The translations under genes were made by a program, and so were the position numbers. The notes beneath the pieces were generated by a model, which searched no databases, had not been told where the DNA came from, and saw only the letters and a list, made by a program, of their open reading frames with translations. Positions 12,101 to 27,100 of a stretch of 64,000 nucleotides of DNA are shown here, one piece after another. The first letter of the stretch is position 1; the number at the start of each line of letters is the position of its first letter. The DNA is from Owenia fusiformis (Eukaryota): assembly GCA_903813345.2 (NCBI GenBank), contig CAIIXF020000001.1, forward strand, positions 36,580,001 to 36,644,000, written 5' to 3'.

Positions 12101-15100
12101 CCTGCCATATCACATAGAAGATAGAGTCAAGTTGTCATTTAAGCAGTTTAAGCAGAAATACTGTGTTTGGATTGGCTGGAAGCAGACACACCTTGCCTAG
12201 CTATGTGTGAATTTGTTATATAAGTCTGTGAGTTTTCTGTTCAAAGAGGCACTTATATGTGCTTTGCTGTAAATTCTGCATGTGATTGGTTTTGTTTAGT
12301 AGAATGTTGTTGTATTGTAGTAGGAAAATACGAGATGACATCTAATTTTGCCTTGACGTGTGAGCCACACTATCAGGTGAAAATGGCAGGACAGCATTGG
12401 AACTCTTATGTCGACAGAGAATCATTCTATATGCCCTGGAGAAGTCTTTGCTTTTCCACCCATAGACTATAGAATTGAGAAATGAGTTACTAATATAAGC
12501 CATTGAACAGAAGTTCCTTACTGGATATAGCCACAGAATGTTCCTTTTGAATCTCAGTATTGCTGAGACCATAAAGTAAGGAGTCCAACATAGTAGTAAG
12601 ACACCAAACACGGTAGCCATCATTTTCAGAATCTTCATATCACTGCCACTCGGCTGTTTCATGTCACTGAAACAATGTGATTTGATCTCAGCTTTTACTG
12701 CTTTCTGTTGACGATATGCAATCCAAAATATGCTACAGTATATACTGGCTGTTATCACTACTGTTAAAATTCCTTGTGCGACAATTATGATATAGTATGC
12801 TATTATGTGGTAGGTCTGAGGCCCTAACTGACATACCACTCCCGGTGTCCATGTGTTAAAGATGTTAATTGCTACTCCGATAGATGCTGAATATATCCAT
12901 GTAAATGCAATGATCATTTTAACATGTTTCTCTGTGTACAGGCGTGTGTACTGGAATGGTCGGGTTATTGCTATGAAACGCTCTAAAGCAATTGATGCAT
13001 ATGAAAAGCTGGATGCACTTATTCCCAACAGTAGCAAAAACATCACAACAAGACAAGAATATTTTTCATAAGCTCCTCCATCTAAATTCACAACCTCAGG
13101 GTAATAGAACCGGAAGGCTCCGAAAGGCATGATAACCCCAACCACCAAATCTGCACATGATAAACTTAGTATAAACTTGTTGCTGTTTGTTTGCAAGAAT
13201 TCATATTTTGTGATTGCGAGTATAGTCATGGTGTTTGCTAGCATAGCAAGAACTGCGATTGTCATTCCCAAAACTGCATATGTAGTCTCTAGTCCTCTAT
13301 TTGAGAGATGAGATTTTGAAAAAGTTTCGTTTGTTCCATTTATGAATGTGTTTTCCATGATGTTTTTATCTGTCATTCCCTACTGTGTATCTATAATCAT
13401 GAAATATGTCCTTCATGCTGTGGCATTTCTTTTGAGATTGTTGATTCAACCTCCATTGAACCCACATAGATAATTCATTTAGACTTAAGATTTATCTAAA
13501 TATTTATCCATTTAATATCTATTTCACAATATCATTGTCCGTGTTGTATCATCATTCCATCATGTCTGAAAAGTGGTAAATCTATAAATATCATTGTTGC
13601 TTGTTGCTCAAAAGTTGTATGGCATCTTCAATAAATTATAGTAGCTACCTTTCTCTTGCTGTCACCTCATCCTTTATGATGATATCAAGTTGTACTTGTC
13701 TTGTATGGAGCTACTTAATGAAATGATCTCTTCAAATTGACATTATTCATATTTGTCATATCGCAGAATGTTTCATCATTTTTACTACTTCATTGTTTTT
13801 CTCTCTAAGTATGAATTTGATACCTTTCAAAAATAAGTGTCAGTTTTTTTGTTAAATTGCAATGACATTATTTTTTATTTGTTTACCATCATTTATTTCT
13901 GTGCAGTATTTCTTGATTTCCCATCTTTTACCGTGACTGAAGCATGAATGCCAAGTAAGATGCCATAACCAATAAACTGTGATAATCATAGCTCGTTTTC
14001 TTTGATATATAACAACCTTCCAATATTTTATAACTTTTATAGCATTGGTGCTGATTTATCATAATGATCTTATATATTAGTTTCTCCATAAATCTCCATT
14101 GAATCTAAATTCTGCACTGTTTTTAATGGTAAGATACATAACTGAAATTCCTACTTATATTTCTTTGTTAGTATAATAGATATTATCCTAGGGAGTGTTA
14201 TTATTGTTATATGGCAGTGGCATTCTACCTACATGGATCATTTATTTAATTTAATGTTACTGGTGTAGAGTTCTTTACATCAATTATTTAAAGAAATTCA
14301 CTTCCAGTATCTATTTTGATATGTATTTATGTTTATTTCATTTTTGTGTGGTTTGGAGTCACCTGACACATATGACATACACTCTTGAGATTCACGAGCA
14401 GGAATGATTTGAGGGGGTTTCTGGGTAAATTCACCTTTGGCTACAAACTTACTCTGAAGAAATTCAGAAATTGACATCGGCTATTTTAAAATCAGAGGAT
14501 AAATCAGAAACACATAAAAAGACAAGCTTTTTGTCTTGAGATTCTTAAAAAAATTACTTTGTGAAGTAGGTTGTAAATACCTATTTATTTTACAGTGTTG
14601 TTTATGAAAAACCTTGTTATCAATTAGGATACCCATTGGGAGAGACAAAGTAACTTTGTATCTCATTAGTACTATCAGTTATGCTATACTATATGCTTTT
14701 AAAATATTATTACAGTAATATAGCTTTGTGCTATTATAATTGATATGTTCTCCTAGGTTCTGCAATAACTTAACATGTATATGTATAATTAGAAATTTAG
14801 AAATATCACTTTTTTGTTGTAATCCAAAAGTATTGCATCGATTTGTTCAAAGTTATACAGACAGCAAATGCATATATTAAATAAGATATGTTTATTTTTT
14901 ATATAGTGGTGGGTCAACCCAGGCCACATGGACTTGTCCATCAGTTAATGTTTAAACATATTAAAAAGAATATATACAGGGTGTCAAAAAAATACGGCAC
15001 CCCCTTCTACAGCAAAGAGTACTTAATGTTACATTGTGTGTCATATCTCATTTTAAAGACAATTTAATTCTGGAGTTACCTGAGAAATTTCAGCTTTATA

Positions 15101-18100
15101 TCATATAATTTTACAGATTTACAGCTGATTCTTAATAGTTGGTATGACCACCAGTTCCTGCTCAAACAGCAGCTTATCTGGAGAGATAATGATTTCAATA
15201 AGAATTCAGATAAAGGTGTATCATTGCATAACCTCTAAGCACTGTCCTCGCATTCTTCAGAAATACATCCTCACTGTATCTTTTTTCAAGAGGCTCTTTG
15301 TCCATCAGTTCCTATACCCTGTTTTTCAGAACTGAACCCATATGTTCAGTGCAGTTGAAATCTGGGCTGATCCTTTCATATTCCGCTTTCTGAAGATTTA
15401 ACCTTTAACCAGTAATAGAGCAGCAAACAAAGTACTGAAGTATCAAACTTAAAAACAATGTAGCTTTTTTTAATATAAAGTTTTATTAAATGAAATTTAA
15501 GGAGTAACTCCAGAATAAAATCATCTTTCAAATGATGTATGACACAATTAGGCGATCAGCCTGGGGGGTTGGTCGGTACCAAATCAGGGGAATAATGGCC
15601 ATGGTGATTTTTGGGAAGGTCTAGACCCCTAGAGTAAGAAAATATGTGATAGCATTGCAGAAGTGGTAGCTTAATAGGTGTTATCACCCATTTTTCAAAA
15701 TGGCCGCCTGTGCACTTGCCACCAAATAAAAGAAGTTATATCTAAGCATACTGAGAGGCAAAATCAGTTATTTTAGGGTCTAATTCTGGTTTTTAGGGGT
15801 CAATGATTTGAGTTATGCCTAAATCCAAGTCATCAAAACATTAATTCATATGAAAATCCAAGATGGCCGCCAAATTTGGTTGAAAAACAAATATGTACTA
15901 ATGATACAAGCTCAAAAACGTTTCAACACGATTTTGAAGAGTTTTAGAAGAGGTTTTAGAGTCTAAAGATTTTATTCATGTCTAAAGCTATGTCATCAAA
16001 GGATTACTTTATATTGAAATCCAAGATGGCCGCAAAATAGGTGCCAAAATGAATATGTCATTACAGTATTGATATACAAGTAAGCTCGAGGAACAGATAA
16101 AAAGTAATTTTGTGGACAATGAAAAGGTTTGGGGGTCAAGGATTTCATTTATGGCTCATTTAAGTCAGCAAAGAATTGCTTTATATGGAAATCCAAAATG
16201 GCCACCAAAATGAAAATGTAACTACAGGTATTGATATAAGCTCAAAGAACAGATAAAAATTAATTTTTTAGACCATGAAAGTGTTAGGGGATCAATGATT
16301 TTATTGTCTTAGTCATCAAAGAATAACTTGATGTGGAAATCGAAGATGGCTGCCAAAATGAATATGTTACTATTAATATATGTTCAAAGTGATTTTGGAG
16401 ACCATGTCTAGGTTCCTATGGTCGAGAACTTTAATAATGTCTAAAACTTAGTCATCAAATAATTATTTTATTTGGATATTCAGGATGGCAACCAAAATGG
16501 CTGCCAAAACTATAAGTAATTTTGGAATACATTTATTTGAATATCCAAGATGGCCCTGATGGGATTTTCCATCTCAATTGTACCCTCTTCATAGCAGCAA
16601 TGAACTGGATTGTGAAAGCAGAAGAGTCCAAGTAAAGAGGTTTCAAAGTGAATGATGACACAAAACATCCTTCTTGCCAAGCCTTTATGGACATCATCAC
16701 TGTTATGACCTAGTCATTCCCTAGAGCACAACAGATTCTAAGGTGCCTCGAGATGATGGCCAATTGGACATGTATCTAGTGCAATCCAAGGAATCTTTTC
16801 AGCTGAGTGGTATACAAAGGCAGCTAATGTGCAATTTTTCATACTATCCATGATGAGAAAATTGAATATCTAGGGAAATATTTTGATGAGTTTTTTAAAG
16901 ATATCAACAGCATCTGTGAGAACTAGAAAAATGAATGAAAGCTATTGACCTTAGCCATGTAGGGAGTTGGTTCAAAGTCTCATGCTTTCAGTTTGGTGTT
17001 ATTCTCCTATGACTTTTCCAACTATGTAACTTCCATTACAACAACAGAGGCTGAGGAGAAAGAGCAACATTAACAGAGTAAGAAGGGTGACTTGCAAAGG
17101 TTACCTGGGAGTAGATAGGCAACTTTGGTTCCAATGATCTCAAACTAACACACCCAAAAAAAGGTTAATAAGTATTTTAGCACTCTGGGAATAAGCTCTT
17201 GACAATGGACCAAGTTAAGTTTTGGTGTATCCCGAAAGCTCTAATTGACTCTAATTCCAAGAAAAAAGAAAAAGAGAAAAACAAAGAAAATGAAAAAACA
17301 AAGATAACACAAATGAGAAAACACAAATAAAACCAGAAAATTGAAAGGAGCACAAAAACAAAAGAAAGAAAACAAAAAACAAAGACAAAAATGAAAACAA
17401 CAAAGAACACTGAAAAATATAGAGGTCATAACAGATGAAGAGAGAAATAAGCTAGAAAATAGGAAAAACTTAACCAACAGCCAATTTGGCAGCAATTTTG
17501 GCAGCCATCTTTGATTTTCATCAAGACAACAGTTTATCAATTAAAGTAAAAAGAAAAATTTCAATGGTAACTGAAATCCTCAATCCCTACATCCTAGTTA
17601 ACTAGTCAAATATACCACAATCACTTGCCAACATCCTCTGTTAATGCTTATAAATATACATGTATGTACATGTAAATATTCATATTGGCAGCCATTTTGG
17701 TGACCATTTTGGATTTTAATATGAGGAAAGGTTAAGATGACTTTGGTAAAGGCTAAATTGAAACCGTACCATTTTCCCCTGAAACCTAGTTTCAGATATC
17801 TATTACATACATTTCTTTTTCAACTTTTCTATGTGCGTATAAATTCATTTTAGCAGCCATATGTTTGGCCATTTTGGTAGCCATTTCAAATTTCTATATA
17901 AAGGTATTCTTTAATCACTTAGATTTATCCATGGATTGAATCTGTATTAACCCTATCATGGTCTGAAAAAGCACTTTTTAACTGTTCTTTGAGTTTATAT
18001 AAATAGTTTACTTATTCATTTTGGCACTCATTTTGGTGGCCATCTTAGAATTCCATATAAAGGATTTCTATTATTACTTGAATATTTAGACACAAATAAA

Positions 18101-21100
18101 ATCCCCAGCCTCTAAAACCTATTCATGGTCTCCAAAGTCACTTTTTAACCGTTCTTTGAGCTATTTTAGCTTCTATCAATAGTAACATATTTGTTTTGAG
18201 ACCCATTTTGGTGGCCATCTTGGATTTCCATATAAAGCAATTTTTTGATGACTTAGATTTTGACATAAATGAAATCCTTGACCCCTAAAACCCAGAAATA
18301 GACTTCAGAATCACTGTTTTTGCCTCTCATTATACTAAGATATGATTTCTTTTATTTGGTAAAAAGCGCAATAGCAGCCATTTTGAAAAATGGGCGATAA
18401 CACCCATAAGCTACCACTCCTGCAATGCTATCACATATTTTCTTACTTTGGAGTTATTTACCTTGCCAAAAATCACTATGAGCATTATTCCCCTAACTTG
18501 GTACCGATAACCTAAATTTTGGGGTGAAGCTGATGGCCTAAATATGGAACTTTCAGGACTTTTTGCTGAAGAGGGGGTTGTTATTTGACACCCTGTACAT
18601 TTAACATCTAAAGATTAACAATAACATCTAGAAGTTTTTGCAAAATATCTCATAAACTCTCAATTAATCTGTAATTGATCTGGGAGCATCTTCTCCGATG
18701 CCTAGGCATTTCCGATGGACTTTAGTGCAAAATCTGGATTACATTTTGAATGCTTATTTGCAGTATTCCAATGGTCGCGATTTCCATTGGAAACATTTCG
18801 ACTTCTTCCCTTCATTATCACTTTCACCATTCTCTTGGCTCAAAAGTTTACTTCTCTTTGAAATAAAGATTGAAAAATGCAGATAACTCTTTCAGTCCTC
18901 AGTCTAAACATGGCTTTTCAAGGTTCAACAGTGGTCCTGGAATGCCTTTTATCCATGTGAGTCCAGTACCCATGGTACTATATTGTTACTATAAGGGTAT
19001 TCCACAATACTTGAGAAGAAAAACTAGACCAGTGCAAAAATCATGGTGAACCTTTTAATAGGCTCAATCACTTCTCTCCCTGTCTATCCAACCATTTGTC
19101 CATCTGTCCATTTGTCTTTGACCCATCAAAAATATTTAAACAAATGGAAATTGCCATTTTTCTGAACCAATGCTCATATCCCCTTTTAGATGGCTCAGCA
19201 ATGCTTGTAAGGACCTTATACACCCGCCATTGGGATCTCCCCATGGGAAAAAAATAATTCATCTGATTTTTCAAAATGAGTATTCTGCTTCAATTATTAC
19301 ATTTATATGCACACTAGTATCTTGTTGACCTATATTCAGCACTGTATTGATGTATAGGCCACTTATTAGGGTCATAATTCAATCATGAAGTGTAGAGGCA
19401 TAGATTCCAAACCAGGAAGTATTTTTGTGTCTGTCAAAATCCATTTACATCCTACGCATTCCTGCATCTTATCCAAATATGTTACTACATAATGAAATAT
19501 AATAGTATAATCTTTGGTTTTACAAACTTGTATGATATTTGATAAGTGTAAAAGTTGTTTTTGGAGCATTTTTCTATAGCCATTTTGTAGGGAGAAAAAT
19601 GATGAAAAAATGTACAATCTTTTAATTTTAAGTATGACCTGAATCGATTGCAAACTTCATATTTGCACATTTGATGAGATAAACCATTTGTGTCGTATTG
19701 TGAAATTATTAATTTTGCAATCGATTCAGGTCATAGTGTATTTTTGGTATTTCTGTGATAATCAATGGAAACCAATGGCCTCTATTGGGATTTGCTGATA
19801 TCCTCATGTTAAGTCAATGGTGCACAGCCCCATGTAAGTCAATACAACCTTACTGAACGAAATGATCCCTATCTCAGCTTATGTGTGTCCGAGCACTTTA
19901 ATATTTTCCAAAGTATTATATGACATTTTATTCTTCATGTTACACCTACGAATGATTCATTTTGACCATAGAGATATTTGCCAATAATTGCACCTTGTTC
20001 TTTGTTCCATTGGCCCTACTTTTGTCTTGCTTTAAGGAGAAATCTGCTGTTTTCACCCTTTGATCCCAACAAATGATGCCATTTTTATGCCAAATGTATT
20101 CACTCTTCCCTCTCCTTGTTTCAATAGAGGTATTGTAAATTCAGCTACTGTTCTGCCAATTTGCAGTAGACTAAGATGGAAATTAGTCTAAAAATTAACT
20201 ATGGTTCTATGCCATTGTGGATGTGCAGCAGTTAAAATTTATTACATGTTGAATTAAGTACCAAACCTCTGAGAATACCATTAATACAGCCTTTAAGAAC
20301 AAGCCACTCTTCTTTCAGGGGACAATGGCAACACAGCATTAGAACTTTTATGTCGACAGAGTATCATTTTATATGCCCTGGAGAAGTCTTTGCTTTTCCA
20401 CCCATAAACTATAGAATTGAGAAATGAGTTACTAATATAAGCCATTGAACAGAAGTTCCTTACTGGATATAGCCACAGAATGTTCCTTTTGAATCTCAGT
20501 ATTGCTGAGACCATAAAGTAAGGAGTCCAACATAGTAGTAAGACACCAAACACAGTAGCCATCATTTTCAGAATCTTCATATCGCTGCCACTCGGCTGTT
20601 TCATGTCACTGAAACAATGTGATTTGATTTCAGCTTTTACTGCTTTCTGTTGACGATATGCAATACAAAATATGCTGCAGTATAGACTGCCTGTCATCAC
20701 TATTGTTATAATTCCTTGTGCCACTATGATAATATAGTATGCCATAATCTGGTAGGTCTCAGGCCCTAACAGACATACCACCCCTGGTGTCCATGTGTTT
20801 AAACAATTTAACACTAATCCAATAATCGCTGAATATATCCATGTAAAAGCAATTATAATTTTAATACGTTTCTCTGTGTATAGACATGTATACTGGAATG
20901 GTCGGGTTATTGCTATATAACGCTCTAAAGCAATTGATGTGTATGTAAAACTGGATGCACTCATTCCTAACAGTGTCAAATATATCATGACAAGGCAGGA
21001 GTATTTCTCATAATCACCTCCATCTAAATTCACAACCTCAGGATAATAAAACCGGAAGGTTCCAAACAGCATCATAATCCCAACTTCCAAATCTGCACAT

Positions 21101-24100
21101 GATAAACTTAATATAAACTTGTTGCTGTTTGTTTGTAAGAATTCATATTTTGTGATTGCAAGTATAGTCATGGTGTTAGCTAACATAGCAAGAACTGCAA
21201 TTGTCATTCCCAAAACTGCATATGCAGTCTCTAGTCCTTTATTTGAGAGTTGAGAATTTGAAAAAGTTTGGCTTGTTCCATTTGCGAATGTGTTTTCCAT
21301 GATATGTTTTTAATTAGAGAGCAATGACATACTTTTTTATACCATCATTTATCTGTGCTTTTTGATCTCCAGTATTTTCTTGTGACTAACCAATAAACCA
21401 TAGTAATCAGAGCTCACTTGCTTTGACGAAGGACATAACCGCCTTCCACCATTTTTTAACTTTTATAACAGTGGTACAGATCTCACCAATTTGTTCATTC
21501 TATCTCCATCGAATCCAAATTCTGCATTTATTAATAGTACACATTTAAAGTTCCTACCAACATTGCTTTTTGTGTAATAGTTATTATCATAGGGAATGTT
21601 ATTGTTATATGACAGTGGTATCTGATCCTACCCATATAGACCCTTTGATGTAACTGGTGTAAAGTTTGCTTCATCAATTATTTAGAGAAAATTGCTTTTA
21701 ATATGTCCTTTGAGATTCATCTTTGATTGTTGAGCTGTTTGAGCCATAATAACTCCAGTTTTAATAAATACATGTGCAAAAGTGCCAAAGGCAAAGAACC
21801 AAAAATTGTTACAGAACCCAACAAGAAAAATAAAATATCTAAGAATGCACCAGTCATAAGGAAAACAAACCCCAACTATTCCAAATCATGATGTAATTTT
21901 ACAGAAACAATGGCTAATACCCCCTCCCACACCATTCAGGCACTGTTATGACAATACAAGACCACAACACCAAGGGACATTTCATTCATACTGAAATCAT
22001 AACAATTTTTACAATACATGTTAAAGAATTCATAACCAAGTTCTTTACATCAAAAATAGTTGTTGGTACCAGTATTCATAAAGGGGGATTCAGGCTCAAA
22101 TGATGTGGGACAGACAAATTCTTGTCTCAAAGTCAATAGTCAAAAGTCATTAGCTCCGCTAAGCTAATGGCATAATCCATTAAACAGAATAATTCACATT
22201 TCAATTCCTATTTCTCAACCATTAATGCCATAGCCGTAGAGTTCAGTTCATATTTTCAAAAGTTCCTACATCATTGAGCATGTCAAGTGGCAAAACTTGA
22301 AACTTCAGAAGCAGTGATTTATATTTCTCAGTGTAAAGACGAGAATGTGTTGCTTAGATTATTTTTATAATACATTGGTAAAATTTTGATACTTGGCCTA
22401 TAATATTGAAGGAATAATCTGAATTTATGAAAAGAAACTGTACCTAATAAAACTGTTCCTTAAATTCGTGCAAAGATGCTCTAAAAATTTTGTTTCTTAC
22501 TCAATCTGGCTGAAATTCTCACTCAGTATACCTTCACTATTAACACATTGAAATCCTAAATTATAAGGAATGGGTTCATAAAGAAAAAAGTTATGGTTGC
22601 TATAGTAATAAAAATTGATTCAGAAACAAAATTTCTAGAGTAATTTTGCAAACTTAATGAATGCCCTGTATATTACTAAAAACTCCCAATATTTTTTTAT
22701 ACTGTCTAAATATACTGATTTTGTAACAGAATATGTCATTTGGTATACAGGTATGATGATATATTATTTTTACTTAAACTCGCTAGTAGTTGATACTTAT
22801 ACTCGTGTGTGGAGATATACCTTCTGGTAATCTGGATTGTATCCGGTATACTATAGGTATGGGTTTATGGAGATTTGGATGTGGGAAATGATTACATTTA
22901 TGGATCTAAATGTTTTCATTGCTTCCATGTTCAGCTTTCTTGACATGAATGATGCTTCATCTAAACTGGGTTTAAACTGGCTTTTATTATTTTAGTTCAT
23001 TGATCACTCCCTGGACACTAGTAAAAATTTTACCTAAGATGGTGAAAGAGCCTTATTTAACTGAATCTTCTCTTTTTGGAAAGTAAATGAACTTGTTACA
23101 CCTGAAATAATTGTATGCAGTGTACCTTTAATTTAACAAAATGAAAAACATACTGATATTTAACTGGGAAACCATTGTTGATTGTTAGTTACCATGTGAT
23201 GATATCAGCATCTTCCCATTTCCAAGGAATATACTCTATTTCTATCCCAACTTGCAAATAATGGAGTATTCCCATGATGACACATCTCACAACACGCAAC
23301 TTACCTTTGTTCACCTAAGACATTCTGATCAATTTTTTTTAATTTGTGATTTCTGAGTGCCTATCAGTTATGGCGTGATATCAACTTAATTATATTTTAT
23401 GTAATTTCAAGACCAAAGGGAAAGAAGCCATTAAAAAGTATTGACTTTGATTCATTAGATAAAATACATTTATTGAGGGATGACAAAGCATGTCAAATAA
23501 ACCGGCGTGAAAAACAATCATATTAAGAGCATCTTGTTTGTAATTAACAAATATTGGGAGTGAGCCTGACTGTGTCCTATATTGTACTCTTTTAATTCAT
23601 TGTACACTGAGAATTGTTATTAGTGGTCTTTTGAAACAATCAATAGATATTTAATAAAACAGTTATTAATTGTAGAATATTGAATATCATATGTCAAGCT
23701 TATGTTGTGATGACTAACACAAAGCCTACCACGGTACCATGGTTCCACCACTCTTACAAAAAATCAAATTTGTAGAAGATGAAAGAATTTGCATGTAGCC
23801 TTCAAGTCAAGTAATGTTAATTTCGTTTGGTGGGACATAGAGAAGCTGTTTGTTGGTCTTTTCATGTCTGGGTGATAACTCAAATACCAGTCAACAGATT
23901 TGGTTCAAATTTTATAAACAAGTCCTATGCTCAAGAAGGAATGTTCAGTATGACCACTCATTTTAGAATGGCCACCATTTTTCATAAAAAAAATGTTGAT
24001 AACTCAAATACCAGTTGATGGATTTTATATGAAATGCAATGTACCAGTTGACATATTTGGTGAAAATTTCTTAGGCTCATGTAATTTAGCCATAGGACCT

Positions 24101-27100
24101 CTGCTGAAGAAAGATTTCCGATATGACCACTCAATTTAGTGTTAAAAATGTAATCTTTGGTAACTCAAATATCAGTTGACAAATATGGTTAAAAATCGTA
24201 TATGCAGATGCATCAAAATCATCTCAAGAAGAAATTTTCAAAATGATTGCTGAATTCAAAATTCCTTATTTCAATTCAAATACCATCTGTTTCACATTCT
24301 TATACAAAAAATCATAAGATGAGATAAACATGTTAGGTCATAGACTATTCCATATGAAAAGTAAACTTTGGGCTGGGTTCAGATAATCAGAGTTTGAAAG
24401 AGACCATGATTAATTCATATTCTCATGATAATTTTTTAGATTAAAAAATGTCTATTTTTTTCAGTATGGTGACACTACAACCCCCCCCCCCCCCATCCAT
24501 CAGCTCACCATACATTATTAGAATTTCCCCAGTTGTAACTTTGAAAAGTTTATTTAATCGTAACTGTATATATTGATCAGAAATCCCAGCAGTTCTTTCC
24601 ACCGTGTATTGTTCTAAAGCTAGACGGAATGTTGCGATTGCGATCCCATTGTCTTTCAAAAGCATTGATTTATTATCCAACCCCTTTGAAAGTTATTGTA
24701 TTTGTATATAAAGGGGATTAAAGGCCAGTTCTGCATTATTGTCAAAGAGCATTTAATTGATGAAAACTACCATTAATATAAATGCCTTGAAATGTCATTA
24801 TTATTTGTCAATTTTTTCTCATTTTTACATGACAATGTATTTGATGTAAAGCTTTTGAATTTGGAAGATGTAATACATAATGGGTGTATAATGAGATAAT
24901 ATTGAGTCATCACATGCTATTGAATAATCTTTACAACTTGTTCAAAGTTTCAAATACAAAGACAGATATACGAGTACAGTTGAATAAGGAATGTAAAAAT
25001 AAAGAGTGCAACCTAGAGATGTTCATCTGTTCGTTTGTCCGGATGATAACTGAAATACCAGTTGACGGATTAAGTTCAAATTTTATAGGCTTATGCGTTA
25101 TGGGTGTAGGACCAGTGTACTCTGTTCGTAGTTGTAATTTGCATGACATTTGGACTTACGAAGTTACGTGATTGGCTGAGATATTCAAATATAAACCATT
25201 GTCATAGCTACCTAAAACAAGTTGTGTCATTAAATATCTTGAGCATGTGAATATGTATTCGATCAAAGAGAATCATAGAGAATAGAACATGCAAATGTAG
25301 GTCTTTCATTAACATACCTACTTACCTGCACGTCCCAAATGAATAGAATATATTGTTTTTAATTATGTGACACGATATCTCTCCTGACACTTGGTTGATT
25401 CTGTAATCTTGCGATCAACATAAATAATTGACGAAAATAATCATATGAGCTACAAAATGTTAAGAAACTCCATTCGTGGTAAAATTAATGAAATGAAAAA
25501 ATCAATGTTACCAGGTACAATGGGTAACATTTATTGTCTACCATAATGATTGCCATGACTACCTGTAGTACCTGATGAAAAGATTTTTGTCATAACATGA
25601 ACAGGTACGTGCCAGTGTGATTTCTGCCAAGATAAGATGAATACTGAAGTTCAGAAATCATGTCTTGATTAAATTAATCGAACTGATCATTGTCATATTT
25701 ATTTATACACCATGTTTATGAAATCGTCATTTTTGGCTGTATTCATTTTCAACAACCAATTGTCCAAGCCTTCACTTTTTCCGAAATGTTCAAAATGCCG
25801 CTCAGTTAAGAATGCTGCCATTTTTGTAATGTATGATCATCAAGTACCAGTTGACAGATTTGATTCGTATGTTATATGCCAATACTTTATTATCCCATCG
25901 AACGAAGTTCGGAGGGATATAGTAGGGAACGCCTCCGTCCGTCCGTACATCCGTCCGTCCGTCCGGGCAATAACTCAAATACCGTTGGCCCGATTTTGTT
26001 CATATTTTGTACACATATACCCTATGGGGGTAGAAGTTCTGCTCGAAAGCCGATTTTCAAAATGGCCGCTCATTTCAAAATGGCGGCCATTTTAGTGCCG
26101 ATTTTACAGTAATTTAGGTGTAATATGTAAAACTGTAATAGCAATATGTTTTAAATGTAAAAAAATTATAAAGGACATTAATAATGCTACAAATGTAGAT
26201 ATTAAAGAAGCACATGGCAGCCATCTTGAAAAATGGCGGCCTTTACTCATCATTTTACGATTTTTGCTATAACTCAAAAAATAGTGGAGCGATTTTGTTC
26301 ATATTTGGTATGTGAATACTATAAGCATGGCACACTGTCTATTTCTAATGACACTTTTGGTAGACGGTGGCCATTTTGAAAAATTGCCGCCATTTTAACG
26401 TATTTTACTATAACTCGAAAAGTAATGGAGCGATTTTGTTCATATTTGATATGTGAATACTTTAAGCATGGCACATTGTCTAATAAAACTTTGGGGAGTA
26501 GTCGGCCATTTTGAAAAATGGCCACCATTTTTATGTGTGTAATTTTACAAGTACGTGTGCGATTTTTCAAAAATTTTAGAGGTGGCTACTTAAAAGCATA
26601 TTATTTCTTCTGATGACAACTTGGCTAGTGAGCAACCATTTTGAAAATGGTGGCCTTTCTGGTGTGTTGTTTTATGATATTTGCTATTCGTTTGTAAAAA
26701 TGCCAGCCATTTCTGTTCGATGGGATTCGCTACGCTTTGGCGTTGCCGTTGTTCTGGTTGTCATAGGAATTTAAAATGGCTACCATTTCTCAGGAAAATT
26801 GTGATTTTTCTGATAACACAAATACCAGATTATGAGACTCAGATTACGAGATTTGGTCCAAATTTTACGCTATTGCCTTGTGATTATAAAACACTGCTCA
26901 AGACATAATTTAATATCTGGCATCATGTCACATCAGCGATGTCTGATTTTGCCAAAAGAAGACAATACTACTTCCTGATTATTTCTATCATGTTTTGTTG
27001 AATTAATAAACATTTTAACATTATGTTTTTACTTCATCAGTGATTATTACTTCATCAGTGATTAATTTTCAGGCCAATGAGTGTAAAGCTACCTTAAATA

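Larger units (their letters stand above)
14977..18595. mobile_element. Tc1/mariner-like non-autonomous element, interrupted by a nested element
   Basis: TA|CAGGGTGTCAAA ... TTTGACACCCTG|TA; subterminal CCCCTTC..CAGCAAA mirrored. Confidence 0.75.

Noticed and set aside
12853..13311. Plus-strand ORFs overlapping the first GPCR
   Set aside because: Antisense shadow ORFs of the GPCR coding sequence.
17177..17540. Phe-rich hydrophobic minus-strand ORFs
   Set aside because: Translation of an A-rich low-complexity tract inside a transposon.
24441..24680. 79-aa minus-strand ORF upstream of the GPCRs
   Set aside because: No recognisable motif, non-ATG start, runs into a poly-G tract; no convincing splice partners.
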